DNA of 48,998 nucleotides from Promethearchaeota archaeon. Lineage in GTDB: Archaea; Asgardarchaeota; Lokiarchaeia; Sigyniarchaeales; SOKP01. The DNA lies in assembly GCA_048941285.1 (NCBI GenBank), contig JBHLNS010000024.1, forward strand, positions 1 through 48,998, given 5' to 3'. The stretch's first letter is position 1, and every line of letters begins with the position of its first letter. Below, piece by piece: positions 1-9,799 of the stretch. The notes beneath the pieces are model-generated. The model saw nothing but the letters and a program-made list of their open reading frames with translations, was not told the DNA's origin and made no database searches. Made by a program: the position numbers and the translations under genes.

Positions 1-725
1 ACTACTACCTTGGAAGCTTCAGTTTGCGAAACTTCCCTATTTTCTCGAAGATCAAATTTATTTCCAACCAAAATTATGGGAACATATCTATTTCTTTTTG
101 ATTTTCTAAATGCTGAAATATAATTATCAAGAGTTTCAAAACTAGCTTTATTTGTGATATCATAGAATACAATTGCTCCATCAGCGCCAACATAATAATT
201 TTGCTGAATTTGTTTAAAGCGTTCTTCGTCAATTATATTCCATAATTGTAGAATAACGTCCTCAGTATCTATATCTTTTATTTTTACATTAAAGAAGTCT
301 ACTCCGATTTTATCTTTTTGTTTTTTAGTTGTAACTTTCTCTGAAGTTTTTAAGAGTGTTTCCATTAAAGTGGATTTTCCAACACCTTTATTCCCTAAAA
401 GGCATATTTTTAATCTTTTTGGCTTTACCCTTTCTATGGAAATTTCTGGATTTTTTAGTTCTACTCCCTCTGCTTTAAAAATATTAATTACTTTCTCCAT
501 CACATTTTTAACCTCTGTACTTTGTTGAAGCCCTGTTATGACCATTTTTCCAGTAGAAAATATCACAACCGTTGCTTTTGGGCTCTCTATTTGCATGATT
601 AATCCTGGAAACTTCTTGGGATTATATATCAGTTCGCTATACTTGCTTGCAATCTGATTAAAATTAACCTTTCCTTCGAATGTCATTGTAACAGTACCAA
701 TAATATTGTTCAAATTTCCTGACAA
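1..725 (-). CDS. Single TBP repeat fused to a Rab/Ras-like small GTPase (C-terminus runs off the window)
   Basis: Hand translation from TTG at 725, with GAGGTGG about 10 nt upstream, is open for 241 codons. The N-terminus NIIGTV..FNQIASKYSELIYNPKKFPGLIMQIESPKATVVIFSTGKMVITG matches a TBP repeat. It is followed by KICLLGNKGVGKST (G1), LQLWNIIDEERF (degenerate G3), YYVGADGAIVFYDIT and ILVGNKFD (G4). Confidence 0.88.
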   Translation of the reverse strand, partial: MSGNLNNIIGTVTMTFEGKVNFNQIASKYSELIYNPKKFPGLIMQIESPKATVVIFSTGKMVITGLQQSTEVKNVMEKVINIFKAEGVELKNPEISIERVKPKRLKICLLGNKGVGKSTLMETLLKTSEKVTTKKQKDKIGVDFFNVKIKDIDTEDVILQLWNIIDEERFKQIQQNYYVGADGAIVFYDITNKASFETLDNYISAFRKSKRNRYVPIILVGNKFDLRENREVSQTEASKVV

Positions 726-948
726 TTTATATTATCCACCTCTAAGATAAATACTTTCATATTATGATATATATGCAACGTTTCATATTTAAATATTTTT
801 GAAACAATTAATAATAAAAATTCAATTTTTAATTTCCATTACTCTTATTGCTCTTAATGTTATAGTTAATGATTAGAACCGTAAATTTTAAGATAAAAGG
901 AAGATTTTATTGAATATAAAAGCAATTTTTTAAAAAAAATAACTCTGC

Positions 949-2586
949 TTGAATTTAATGACACATTTGCAAGAAAGTAATACTGAAAAGGTTAAAAAAA
1001 TTGCTAGAGCTACAATAGATTTTCTTATCACTCATCCTCAAACAAATCGAACTAAAATAACGAATATTAAAGCTAAGTTCGCAAAAGAATTTTCTTATGC
1101 AGGTGTTATAAAGAATGCTACAATATTAGAGACGGCTACAAAAGAAGAAAAACAACTTATAACACAAATCCTTAAAAGACGACAAACTAGAACGCTGTCA
1201 GGTGTCTCCGTTATAGCTATAATGACTAAACCGCTCCCATGTCCTGGAACGTGTATATATTGTCCTGGACAAGATTCTCAACCAGGGGAGAGAGTCGCTC
1301 AATCTTATACCGGTCGTGAACCCGCTGCTATGAGATCTATTCATCATAACTATGATCCATATTTACAAGTTCAAAGCAGAATTAATGATTTAGAAGCAAT
1401 TGGTCATACTGTTGATAAAATCGAATTAATCATTATGGGTGGCACATTTTTATCAACTGATCCAAAATACCAAGAAGAATTTATAAAAGGGGCATTAGAA
1501 GGAATAATTGAACAAAGGGTAAATACTTTAGGAGAAGCCAAAAACCTCGCTGAAAACTCTAAAAGAAGAGTTATAGGAGTAACCATAGAAACTAGACCTG
1601 ATTATTGTAAAGAAAAAGATGTAGATCGAATGTTAAACTATGGAACAACTCGAGTTGAGATAGGAATACAAACGGTATATAATGACATTTTTAAACTCAT
1701 AAAGAGAAAGCACACTACTTTTGATAGCAAGGAAGCATTAAGAATTGCCAAAGACGCAGGTTTAAAAATAAATGCTCATATTATGCCTAATCTCCCAGGA
1801 TCTGATATATTAAGAGATAGAGACCTTTTTAATGAATTGTATTCTAATTCAGAATACCGTCCTGATATGCTAAAAATTTATCCTACGCTTGTAATCAATG
1901 GCACTGAATTATATAATTGGTGGAAGAAAGGAAATTATTCTCCTTATAAGGATAATGAATTAATAGAGTTAATTGCTAGGGTTAAAATGAGCCTCCCTCC
2001 CTATGTGAGAATTCAGAGAATTATGCGAGATATTCCTGCCAATTTAATTGAAGCCGGTTGTAAAAATAGCAATCTAAGACAGTTAATACACGAAAGATTG
2101 AGAGAAATGGATGAAACCTGTAAATGTATACGATGTAGGGAATATGGACTAATTAAAAGAAAAAGAGATATTAATGAAATGTCCTTCGATAAAATAAATT
2201 TATATCGGTTTGATTATGACGCTTCTCAAGGAAAAGAGATATTTTTATCATATGAAAATATGAAAGAGGATTATTTAATTGGATATTTACGACTAAGAAA
2301 ACCTTCCGAATTTGCCCATAGATCCGAATTGAATGATGGAAAAACCATGATTGTAAGAGAAATAAAAGTGGTTGGTGAACTTGTCCCAAAAGACTTGAAA
2401 CCAAACTTTTTTACTCAAATTCAACATAGAGGTTATGGGAAACTTTTGATGAACAATGCAGAAAAAATTTCCACAGAAGAATTTGATGCGAAAAAATTAG
2501 CAGTTATAAGTGGTATTGGAGCTAAGTCCTATTTCTATGAAATGGGTTATGAGCCAGATGGAGTATATGTTTCAAAAATGCTTTAG
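949..2586 (+). CDS. elp3: Elp3 tRNA uridine(34) acetyltransferase (radical SAM + GNAT)
   Basis: RTLSGV, CPGTCIYCP, QSYTGREPA, MGGTF, IETRPD, LKIYPTLV, and QHRGYGK acetyl-CoA motif. Confidence 0.96.
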   Translation: MNLMTHLQESNTEKVKKIARATIDFLITHPQTNRTKITNIKAKFAKEFSYAGVIKNATILETATKEEKQLITQILKRRQTRTLSGVSVIAIMTKPLPCPGTCIYCPGQDSQPGERVAQSYTGREPAAMRSIHHNYDPYLQVQSRINDLEAIGHTVDKIELIIMGGTFLSTDPKYQEEFIKGALEGIIEQRVNTLGEAKNLAENSKRRVIGVTIETRPDYCKEKDVDRMLNYGTTRVEIGIQTVYNDIFKLIKRKHTTFDSKEALRIAKDAGLKINAHIMPNLPGSDILRDRDLFNELYSNSEYRPDMLKIYPTLVINGTELYNWWKKGNYSPYKDNELIELIARVKMSLPPYVRIQRIMRDIPANLIEAGCKNSNLRQLIHERLREMDETCKCIRCREYGLIKRKRDINEMSFDKINLYRFDYDASQGKEIFLSYENMKEDYLIGYLRLRKPSEFAHRSELNDGKTMIVREIKVVGELVPKDLKPNFFTQIQHRGYGKLLMNNAEKISTEEFDAKKLAVISGIGAKSYFYEMGYEPDGVYVSKML

Positions 2587-2761
2587 TTCATTATTTTAAT
2601 TTACATAAGAATTTAATAGATCTTGTTTCTTGTTAAAATTGTACAAGCTAACAAATTAGATCGCTAAAAAACATTTCTTTTATTTGAAAAACTTTTTCTT
2701 TTTTATACTTTTTTATACAATATATTATATCTAAGACAAAAATTAATGAGTTTGAATAAAA

Positions 2762-3844
2762 ATGCCTTCATCAAAACCGTTATCAAAGAAAAAAATAACA
2801 CAACAAACCATTTCAATTACACCGGATCTTAAAGAACGAATTGATAATTATGTTATAGAAAATCAAAAAAAGTATCCGAATGATAAGAGATTCAAAAGCG
2901 TCTCATCTTTTTATAATAATGTATTAAAGAAAACAATGGACTGTTTCGATAAGGGAAAAGATTTAGATGATTTTGAAAATTTTGTGGATAGCGAATTCAA
3001 GAATTTTTTTGATAAAATCTCTTTTAAAGCAACAATTCCATATTATGAGGAGGCAATTAAACCAAATAAATATACAAATCCTACACTAGAGAAAATACCA
3101 TCCTTTTTCTTGACAATAAGAAGATTTTACATGAAATTGATGGAATCTCGTGATATCATAAGTATTCAAAATACAGTTAGTCGAATAAAAAATTATTTGG
3201 TATCAAATAATGTCACAAAAGAATTTAAGATAGATCTTTTTACAGGAAAGAGTCGAACAGATTTAACAGGTATTTTCGAATTTGCTGGATTTTATAAAAA
3301 TATATGTTATGAAACTTGTAAATATACTTCGGCATTTTTTGGTATATTAGGGATAAAAATTGACAATATTGTATATTCAGAAAAAGATATCTATTATAGA
3401 TTTGATTTAAAGGCAACAGATTTGTTTTTTCGAGATGATCTAGCCAAACTTGAGAGAACTAAACTAATGAATGAAAATATATCTCATTTTGTTAATTATT
3501 GTAAAATTATCGATGATAAAGATTATTATTTATGGATGAAAGTTGCTGAAGATAAGAATGCAATGGTGTGTTTTAACAATGATGAAACTCGAACTAAATG
3601 GATAAACCTAATTGAAAATGAAATAACAAAATTCTCAGATAAAGAGGATAATAGACTCAAAATTCTAAAATTCTTTGAAAAACTACATTGGATCGATATT
3701 GAAAATGAAGATGATCTTATATTTAATATTAGAATATCAGAATCGAAATATCAATCGGAAAGAGAATTTTTAATAAATTTACTTTCAAAAAACTCTCTGA
3801 TTATGCAAGAAAGTGAGAGTTATTATTTAAAGAACCTGAATTAA
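2762..3844 (+). CDS. Hypothetical protein with N-terminal ribbon-helix-helix-like domain; paralog of 4209..5285
   Basis: QQTISITPDLKERIDNYV...FKSVSSFYNNVL fits a strand-helix-helix pattern. Shares blocks with the next ORF (FFDK.SFKATIP, FRDDLAK.ER, KLHWI). Confidence 0.6.
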   Translation: MPSSKPLSKKKITQQTISITPDLKERIDNYVIENQKKYPNDKRFKSVSSFYNNVLKKTMDCFDKGKDLDDFENFVDSEFKNFFDKISFKATIPYYEEAIKPNKYTNPTLEKIPSFFLTIRRFYMKLMESRDIISIQNTVSRIKNYLVSNNVTKEFKIDLFTGKSRTDLTGIFEFAGFYKNICYETCKYTSAFFGILGIKIDNIVYSEKDIYYRFDLKATDLFFRDDLAKLERTKLMNENISHFVNYCKIIDDKDYYLWMKVAEDKNAMVCFNNDETRTKWINLIENEITKFSDKEDNRLKILKFFEKLHWIDIENEDDLIFNIRISESKYQSEREFLINLLSKNSLIMQESESYYLKNLN

Positions 3845-4208
3845 TTACTAAAGATATAAAAAAAGGTGGATCTCGTCCTCCTTAACCCTACCTTTTTCTT
3901 CCCTTTTTACCTTTTTGGCAAAAGTGTCCTGTCATCCCCTTGATTTTTATCGCTAAATATTGCCCAAATATAAATTTTCAAGAAGATATTTAAAGCTTAA
4001 TATTAATAATTTGTTGGGATGAATATAATAAAAGAAAAACTAAAAAAATAAATATGTAAAGATTTTAAGCCTAAAACTCAATTAAAACAAAATGTATTAT
4101 GTAAAATATTATTCAACTACGATTCTTCAATATAAATAGATTTAATCTTAAATTATCAAAGTTTTCATCTAATATAAGTTTTAAAAATAAATTAAACTTT
4201 AATAAATT

Positions 4209-5285
4209 ATGACTGAAAAAAAGTATCTCTCAAATAAAAAAACTGCCCAACAAACAATTTCAATTTCACCAGCTCTTAAAGAGTGGATAAAAAGATATGT
4301 AAATGTACATCACAGGGAAGATCCTAATGATGAGATATTTAAAAGTGTAAGCTCGTTCATTACGAATATTTTGGATAATATTATGAAACTTTTTAAAGAA
4401 GGAAAAACAATTGAAGACTTTAAGAGAGTAGAAGATCAGGTCTATAAAGATTTTTTTGATAAATTTACATTTAAAGCCACAATTCCGCTTTATGATATGG
4501 TAGCAGAGAGTAATAGATATACTCCAATTTCGTTTGATTTCATCACACGCTTTATTGTAGCTGTTTATCATTTTTATCGTAGAATATATTTAAAGGAAAA
4601 GAGTCCTGAAGGATGGAAAAATTTATTCGAACGTTTTAAAAATCGAGTTTATCCTTCCAATATCGTAAAAGAGTTGAGACTTGAGATTTTTACTAATAAA
4701 AATAAAAAATATGGAACAGGATATTTAGAATTTATTGGTAAGCAGAGAAATTTACATTTTGAAAATTGTAAATTCTTCGCTGGAATATGTGGTATGTTAG
4801 GTGTAAGAGTCACTGATTTTCATTATTCTTCTAAAGATTTTTATTGCAGACTTGATTTAATAGAAACTCCTCTTGCGTTTAGAGACGATTTAGCTAAGAA
4901 AGAAAGAATAAAACTCTTGGAAGAGAATGTTAAATTTGTTGTGAACTATAATAGAATGCTCACTGATAAAGATAAGTTCTTATGGATGAATTTAGCAGAG
5001 GATAATGATATTTTTATATGTTTTAAGAGTAAAAAGGTATTTAATAAATGGATTGGTGCCATTGAAAAAGATTTGAGCAAATTTGGTAATCAAGAAGAAT
5101 TTCTTCACAGAATATTACAATTCTTTAATAAACTCCATTGGATTAGAATTGAAAGTGTGGCAGACCTATCTTTTAGAATTGAGTACCCTCTTGAAAAAAA
5201 TAATGAACAAAAGCTATTTTTAATGGAATATCTTTCACAGTATTCAGAAGTATTTCAAAGTGATGGGATATATAAATTAAAATAA
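4209..5285 (+). CDS. Hypothetical protein with N-terminal RHH-like domain; paralog of 2762..3844
   Basis: QQTISISPALKEWIKRYV...FKSVSSFITNIL; colinear similarity to the previous ORF over the full length. Confidence 0.6.
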   Translation: MTEKKYLSNKKTAQQTISISPALKEWIKRYVNVHHREDPNDEIFKSVSSFITNILDNIMKLFKEGKTIEDFKRVEDQVYKDFFDKFTFKATIPLYDMVAESNRYTPISFDFITRFIVAVYHFYRRIYLKEKSPEGWKNLFERFKNRVYPSNIVKELRLEIFTNKNKKYGTGYLEFIGKQRNLHFENCKFFAGICGMLGVRVTDFHYSSKDFYCRLDLIETPLAFRDDLAKKERIKLLEENVKFVVNYNRMLTDKDKFLWMNLAEDNDIFICFKSKKVFNKWIGAIEKDLSKFGNQEEFLHRILQFFNKLHWIRIESVADLSFRIEYPLEKNNEQKLFLMEYLSQYSEVFQSDGIYKLK

Positions 5286-5394
5286 GTTCCTTTTATCATT
5301 TGATTAATTAGTGGCTTTAAATTGATAATGGTTAAAGATTTATATGAAATTATTTAATCTTATTTAAGAAGAAACAATATGATTTTCAGTTAAT

Positions 5395-7734
5395 TTGGGG
5401 ATAAATTTGACACGTGAATTACTACATGAGAAGGTTCAAGGAATTCCACATCTCTCAATCAAAGTTCCTATTTATTATACAAAAGCGCTTAAGGAATCTT
5501 CAGAAAGCCCTATGATCGTTAGACAGGCAAAAGGGCTTAGAAACACATTAGAAAATCTACCTATCATTATTAGACCCGATGAAATCACTGTAGGAACTTT
5601 TGACGTTGATATTCCTGTGGTGATTCCTAGATTTGAAGCAAGTGGCTTTAGAATCATAAAGGAATTAGATTTCCTTCCTAGAAGAGCTGTAAATCCAATT
5701 AAAATTAAAAATTCGGATATTAAAATTTTAAAAGAAGAAATTACACCATTTTATGAGAATTTCAAGATTGATAGTTATGCAAGACAATTCGCTCCTGATC
5801 ATGTATTTGAAACGTCCTATAGTGGTTGTGCCTACGTTGCAACGGAAATTGGAGGAATCGCTCATGCTGTGATTGATTATCAAAGACTTCTCTCTTTAGG
5901 TTTACGGAAATATATTGAATTATCACATGAAAACATAAACAAACTTAAAAATTCTAAAAGCTCAGAATTAAATATTGACAATAAAATCGCATTTTATAAT
6001 TCAATTATAATAATTTCAGAAGCACTAATAACCTACGCTCATAAATTTGCTGAAGAAGCTAAAAAAATGACGTTAGAAGAGTCTAATGTATATAGAAAAA
6101 AAGAATTAGAAATGATTTCCCAGATATGCAATAAAGTACCTGAATATCCTCCTAGCAATTTTCAAGAAGCCGTTCAATTTTTATGGTTCATTCACATGGC
6201 GCTTCATATTGAAAATTTTGAACATGGAATATCTTTCGGACGAATAGATCAATATTTAAATAAATACTATAACGGTAATTCTGAGAATTCTTTAAAATTA
6301 ATTAAAAATCTTCTATTGAAAACTAATGAAATTGTTGCTTTATATGATTCAGTAGCAACTCAATATTTTGGAGGCATGGCAACGACTCAGAATATTTTAA
6401 TCGGAGGTATCAACAAGAAAGGAAACGATGCAACAAATAATTTGACTTTTTTATTTTTAAAAGCTATTGAGGAACTTGCTGTACCAAGCCCTAATTTAGT
6501 AATTAGAATTCATAAGAAGACACCTCAAAAACTTTTCCAAGAAATTGCCAAAGTATTAGCTAAGGGAAAAAATTTGATAGGGCTTTATAATGATGCGTTA
6601 GTAGTAAAAAGTTTAATGAATTATGGTATCCCTTTAGAAGAAGCTCGAGATTATGGAATAGTGGGGTGTGTAGGATTATCTACTTCTGGTACATCTTTCG
6701 ATAATACAGGCGCCATATTCCTTAATTTAGCAAAAGCATTAGAACTTGCTTTAGGCACCGATAAAACAATTATTAGTAATTATATTAAAACAGAAGCCAA
6801 TCCAATGATCTTTAAAACTATGGACGAGATACTCATTGCGTTTAGTGAAAAATTAAAATCTATGATGAAAATGGCCACTAATGCTGCTAACGCGTACCAA
6901 GAAGCACATAAGAAAATCAAACCAACTCCTTTAATGTCTCTCTGTATACATCATTGTTTTGAAAAGGGAGTTGATGTGAATGAAGGATCAGCAAAATATA
7001 ATTTCTCTGGTATTCATGTTACAGGTTTTTCCGATGTTATTGATTCCCTCGCCGCTATAGATTGGGCGGTTTTTAAAGAAAAGAAAATAACTATGGAAAC
7101 CCTAATTGACGCTCTTAATAGAAATTTTAGAGGAAATAAAGAAATTCATAATTATCTTATATATAAATGTCCTAAATATGGTAATGATGATGATAGAGTA
7201 GATATCTATGCTAAAAAATTGACAGAAATTCTTTTTAAATCCGTAGAAGGACTCAGATGTGCTAGAGGTGGTGAATATAGAGTTGGAATTCATGCGATGA
7301 CCACTCATGTTGGATTTGGAATTTTTACAGGAGCTCTTCCATCAGGACGAAAAAAAGGGAAACCTTTAACTAGAGACATTGCTCCCGGTTTTACAGCTAA
7401 AAGAGGTCTTACCGCAACGTTTAATAGTATTGCCAAGTTGGACCATTCACTCTTGCCAAATGGAGTTGCTTGTACAATAAATATTGATCCCGAACTTATT
7501 AAAGTTGAGCATGGAAAAATATTCGAATCTCTATTAAGATCTTATATTAATTTAAATGGTTCTCATATTCAATTTAATTCAATCACTTTATCTGATCTTA
7601 AAGATGCTCAAGAAAACCCCGAAAAATACCAAAATTTTATGGTTAGAGTTTCAGGATATAGTGCGAGATTTGTAGATCTACCAAAGGCGGTACAAGATGA
7701 CATTATATCAAGACATTGTTATTCAAAAATTTAA
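5395..7734 (+). CDS. Glycyl radical enzyme (PFL2-like family), substrate unknown
   Basis: C-terminal MVRVSGYSARF glycyl loop, GIVGCVG Cys loop, SFGRIDQY, PKYGNDD, ALPSGRK. Confidence 0.92.
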   Translation: MGINLTRELLHEKVQGIPHLSIKVPIYYTKALKESSESPMIVRQAKGLRNTLENLPIIIRPDEITVGTFDVDIPVVIPRFEASGFRIIKELDFLPRRAVNPIKIKNSDIKILKEEITPFYENFKIDSYARQFAPDHVFETSYSGCAYVATEIGGIAHAVIDYQRLLSLGLRKYIELSHENINKLKNSKSSELNIDNKIAFYNSIIIISEALITYAHKFAEEAKKMTLEESNVYRKKELEMISQICNKVPEYPPSNFQEAVQFLWFIHMALHIENFEHGISFGRIDQYLNKYYNGNSENSLKLIKNLLLKTNEIVALYDSVATQYFGGMATTQNILIGGINKKGNDATNNLTFLFLKAIEELAVPSPNLVIRIHKKTPQKLFQEIAKVLAKGKNLIGLYNDALVVKSLMNYGIPLEEARDYGIVGCVGLSTSGTSFDNTGAIFLNLAKALELALGTDKTIISNYIKTEANPMIFKTMDEILIAFSEKLKSMMKMATNAANAYQEAHKKIKPTPLMSLCIHHCFEKGVDVNEGSAKYNFSGIHVTGFSDVIDSLAAIDWAVFKEKKITMETLIDALNRNFRGNKEIHNYLIYKCPKYGNDDDRVDIYAKKLTEILFKSVEGLRCARGGEYRVGIHAMTTHVGFGIFTGALPSGRKKGKPLTRDIAPGFTAKRGLTATFNSIAKLDHSLLPNGVACTINIDPELIKVEHGKIFESLLRSYINLNGSHIQFNSITLSDLKDAQENPEKYQNFMVRVSGYSARFVDLPKAVQDDIISRHCYSKI

Positions 7735-7879
7735 ATCGATATAAACCTTCACTTGCTATTAACTATTTAAAATAACCTAGATTAAAATATCTCAAAGCTT
7801 TTTTGAAAATAACTATAAGATTTATTATTCAGCCTATTATAGTTTATAGTTACAATTTAAAAACAAGTATCGATTAAAT

Positions 7880-9799
7880 ATGGATGATTATGATTATGAA
7901 AAATTAGGTCTTAAGTGTGGTCTGGAAATTCATCAACAACTTGATACAGAAAAAAAATTATTCTGCAGATGTCCTGCTGAACTTCAAGGAACCAGATCAC
8001 CTGAATTTACGGTATCACGAGAAATGAGGCCAGTATTAGGTGAAATGGGTACCTACGATAAAGCAATGCTCACAGAATACGAAAAGGGGATGGGAATTGT
8101 TTATGAGGGCTACAATGATGTGGTATGTACATATGAACTCGATGATACGCCCCCTTTTTCTTGTAATTCGGAAGCAAGAATGGTTGCATTACAAATCGCC
8201 ATGCTTCTAAACGCCAATATTATTGAAGAAATGCATGTTTGTAGAAAGAACTATTTGGATGGTAGCGTTCCAAGTGGTTTTCAAAGAACTATGATTTTAG
8301 GTACAGATGGATACGTTACATTAGAAAATGGTAAAAGAATTAGGATAGAAATCTTGAGCCTAGAGGAAGAGGCTGCAAGGAAAATTAAAACTGAAAATAA
8401 ATTGAATTTTTTTCGTTTAGATCGACTAGGAATTCCTTTAGTGGAGGTTACTACGAAACCTGATATAAATACGCCTGAGGAATGTCGTGAGTGTGCCGAA
8501 AGAATTGGATTACTATTATGGTCAACAAAAGTTAAAAAAGTTCTTGGATCGATTAGGCAAGATGTTAATGTTAGTATTGAAGCGGGAACAAGGATTGAAA
8601 TAAAGGGAGTTCAGAAATTAGGCTGGATTCCAGTCTTAATTAATCATGAAATTTCTCGACAGTTAAAACTTCTTGAAATAAAAGAAGAACTTCAAAAGAG
8701 GAAATTAAATGAAAAAGACGTTCCAAATAGCGCAGTAGATTTGACTGAATCTCTTATTAATACTAAGTCTAATTTTATAGCTAAGGGCATTAAATCGGGA
8801 AAGTTAGCATACGGGATTAATTTTAAGGATTTTAAGGGGATTTTTGGAAAAATATTAATGGAGGATTATAGATTTGGCACAGAAGTTAGTAATAAGGTAA
8901 AATTAATATCTGGATTAAAAGGAATCATTCATTCCGATGAAGATTTAAATAAATATAATTTATCAAGTGAGAATATTAAAAAAATAAAAACCAAATTAGA
9001 CTCTAAAGAAAATGATTGTTTTATTTTATTATTAGGTTCTGAGAAAGAATTAAAAAAGGCAATTAATGTGATCATCAATCGAGTAAAATTCGCTTTTAAC
9101 GGAGTTCCGCCTGAAACTAGAAAAGCGCTTGAAAGTGGAAATACTGAATTTCTAAGAGAGCTTCATGGTGGAGCAAGATTATATCCTGATACAGATACAG
9201 AGATAATCTTTAATGATGAAAAAGAAATCAATGAATTAAGAAAAACCCTCCCGGAATATCCATGGATAATTATTAACAAATATTCTAAAAAATATAAAGT
9301 AGAAGAAAGATTGATAAAAGACCTGATTTTTACGGGAAAACTTCAATTGTTTAATGAATTAATAAAAATCTATCCTGATAATCCCTCGTTAATCTTTACA
9401 AGCCTATTAGAGACAACCACTGCACTTAGAAGAGAAGGAAAGAATATTGAAATTATTGCCGATTCTGATTTTCTTGAAATTTTCAATCTTATAAAAAAAA
9501 ATGAAATTAGTAAAGAAGCCATTGAGGAAATCATGAGTCTTAAAGCTGATTCTCCCGAAATTTCTATTGATAAGATTAAAAAGAAATTAAAAATCGAGAG
9601 TATTTCAATTGCCGATCTTAATAAAATCATAGAGGAAATAATAAAAAAAAATCTTAAACTAATAAAAGAAAAAGAAATGAGAGCAAAAGGGCCATTAATG
9701 GGAGAAGTTATGAAAAGTGTAAGAGGAAAAATTGATGGTGCTATTGTGTCCAAAGAATTAGACAAGTTTCTAAAAGATAAAATTAAAGAGATGAAATAA
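7880..9799 (+). CDS. gatE: Glu-tRNA(Gln) amidotransferase subunit E
   Basis: GLEIHQQL, KLFCRC, DGSVPSGFQRT, LDRLGIPLVEV, IRQDVNVSI, GARLYPDTD. Confidence 0.97.
   Translation: MDDYDYEKLGLKCGLEIHQQLDTEKKLFCRCPAELQGTRSPEFTVSREMRPVLGEMGTYDKAMLTEYEKGMGIVYEGYNDVVCTYELDDTPPFSCNSEARMVALQIAMLLNANIIEEMHVCRKNYLDGSVPSGFQRTMILGTDGYVTLENGKRIRIEILSLEEEAARKIKTENKLNFFRLDRLGIPLVEVTTKPDINTPEECRECAERIGLLLWSTKVKKVLGSIRQDVNVSIEAGTRIEIKGVQKLGWIPVLINHEISRQLKLLEIKEELQKRKLNEKDVPNSAVDLTESLINTKSNFIAKGIKSGKLAYGINFKDFKGIFGKILMEDYRFGTEVSNKVKLISGLKGIIHSDEDLNKYNLSSENIKKIKTKLDSKENDCFILLLGSEKELKKAINVIINRVKFAFNGVPPETRKALESGNTEFLRELHGGARLYPDTDTEIIFNDEKEINELRKTLPEYPWIIINKYSKKYKVEERLIKDLIFTGKLQLFNELIKIYPDNPSLIFTSLLETTTALRREGKNIEIIADSDFLEIFNLIKKNEISKEAIEEIMSLKADSPEISIDKIKKKLKIESISIADLNKIIEEIIKKNLKLIKEKEMRAKGPLMGEVMKSVRGKIDGAIVSKELDKFLKDKIKEMK

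Noticed and set aside
949-2586. Elp3 as the activase for the nearby glycyl radical enzyme
   Set aside because: It has all the Elp3/GNAT hallmarks and none of the PflA-type activase features.
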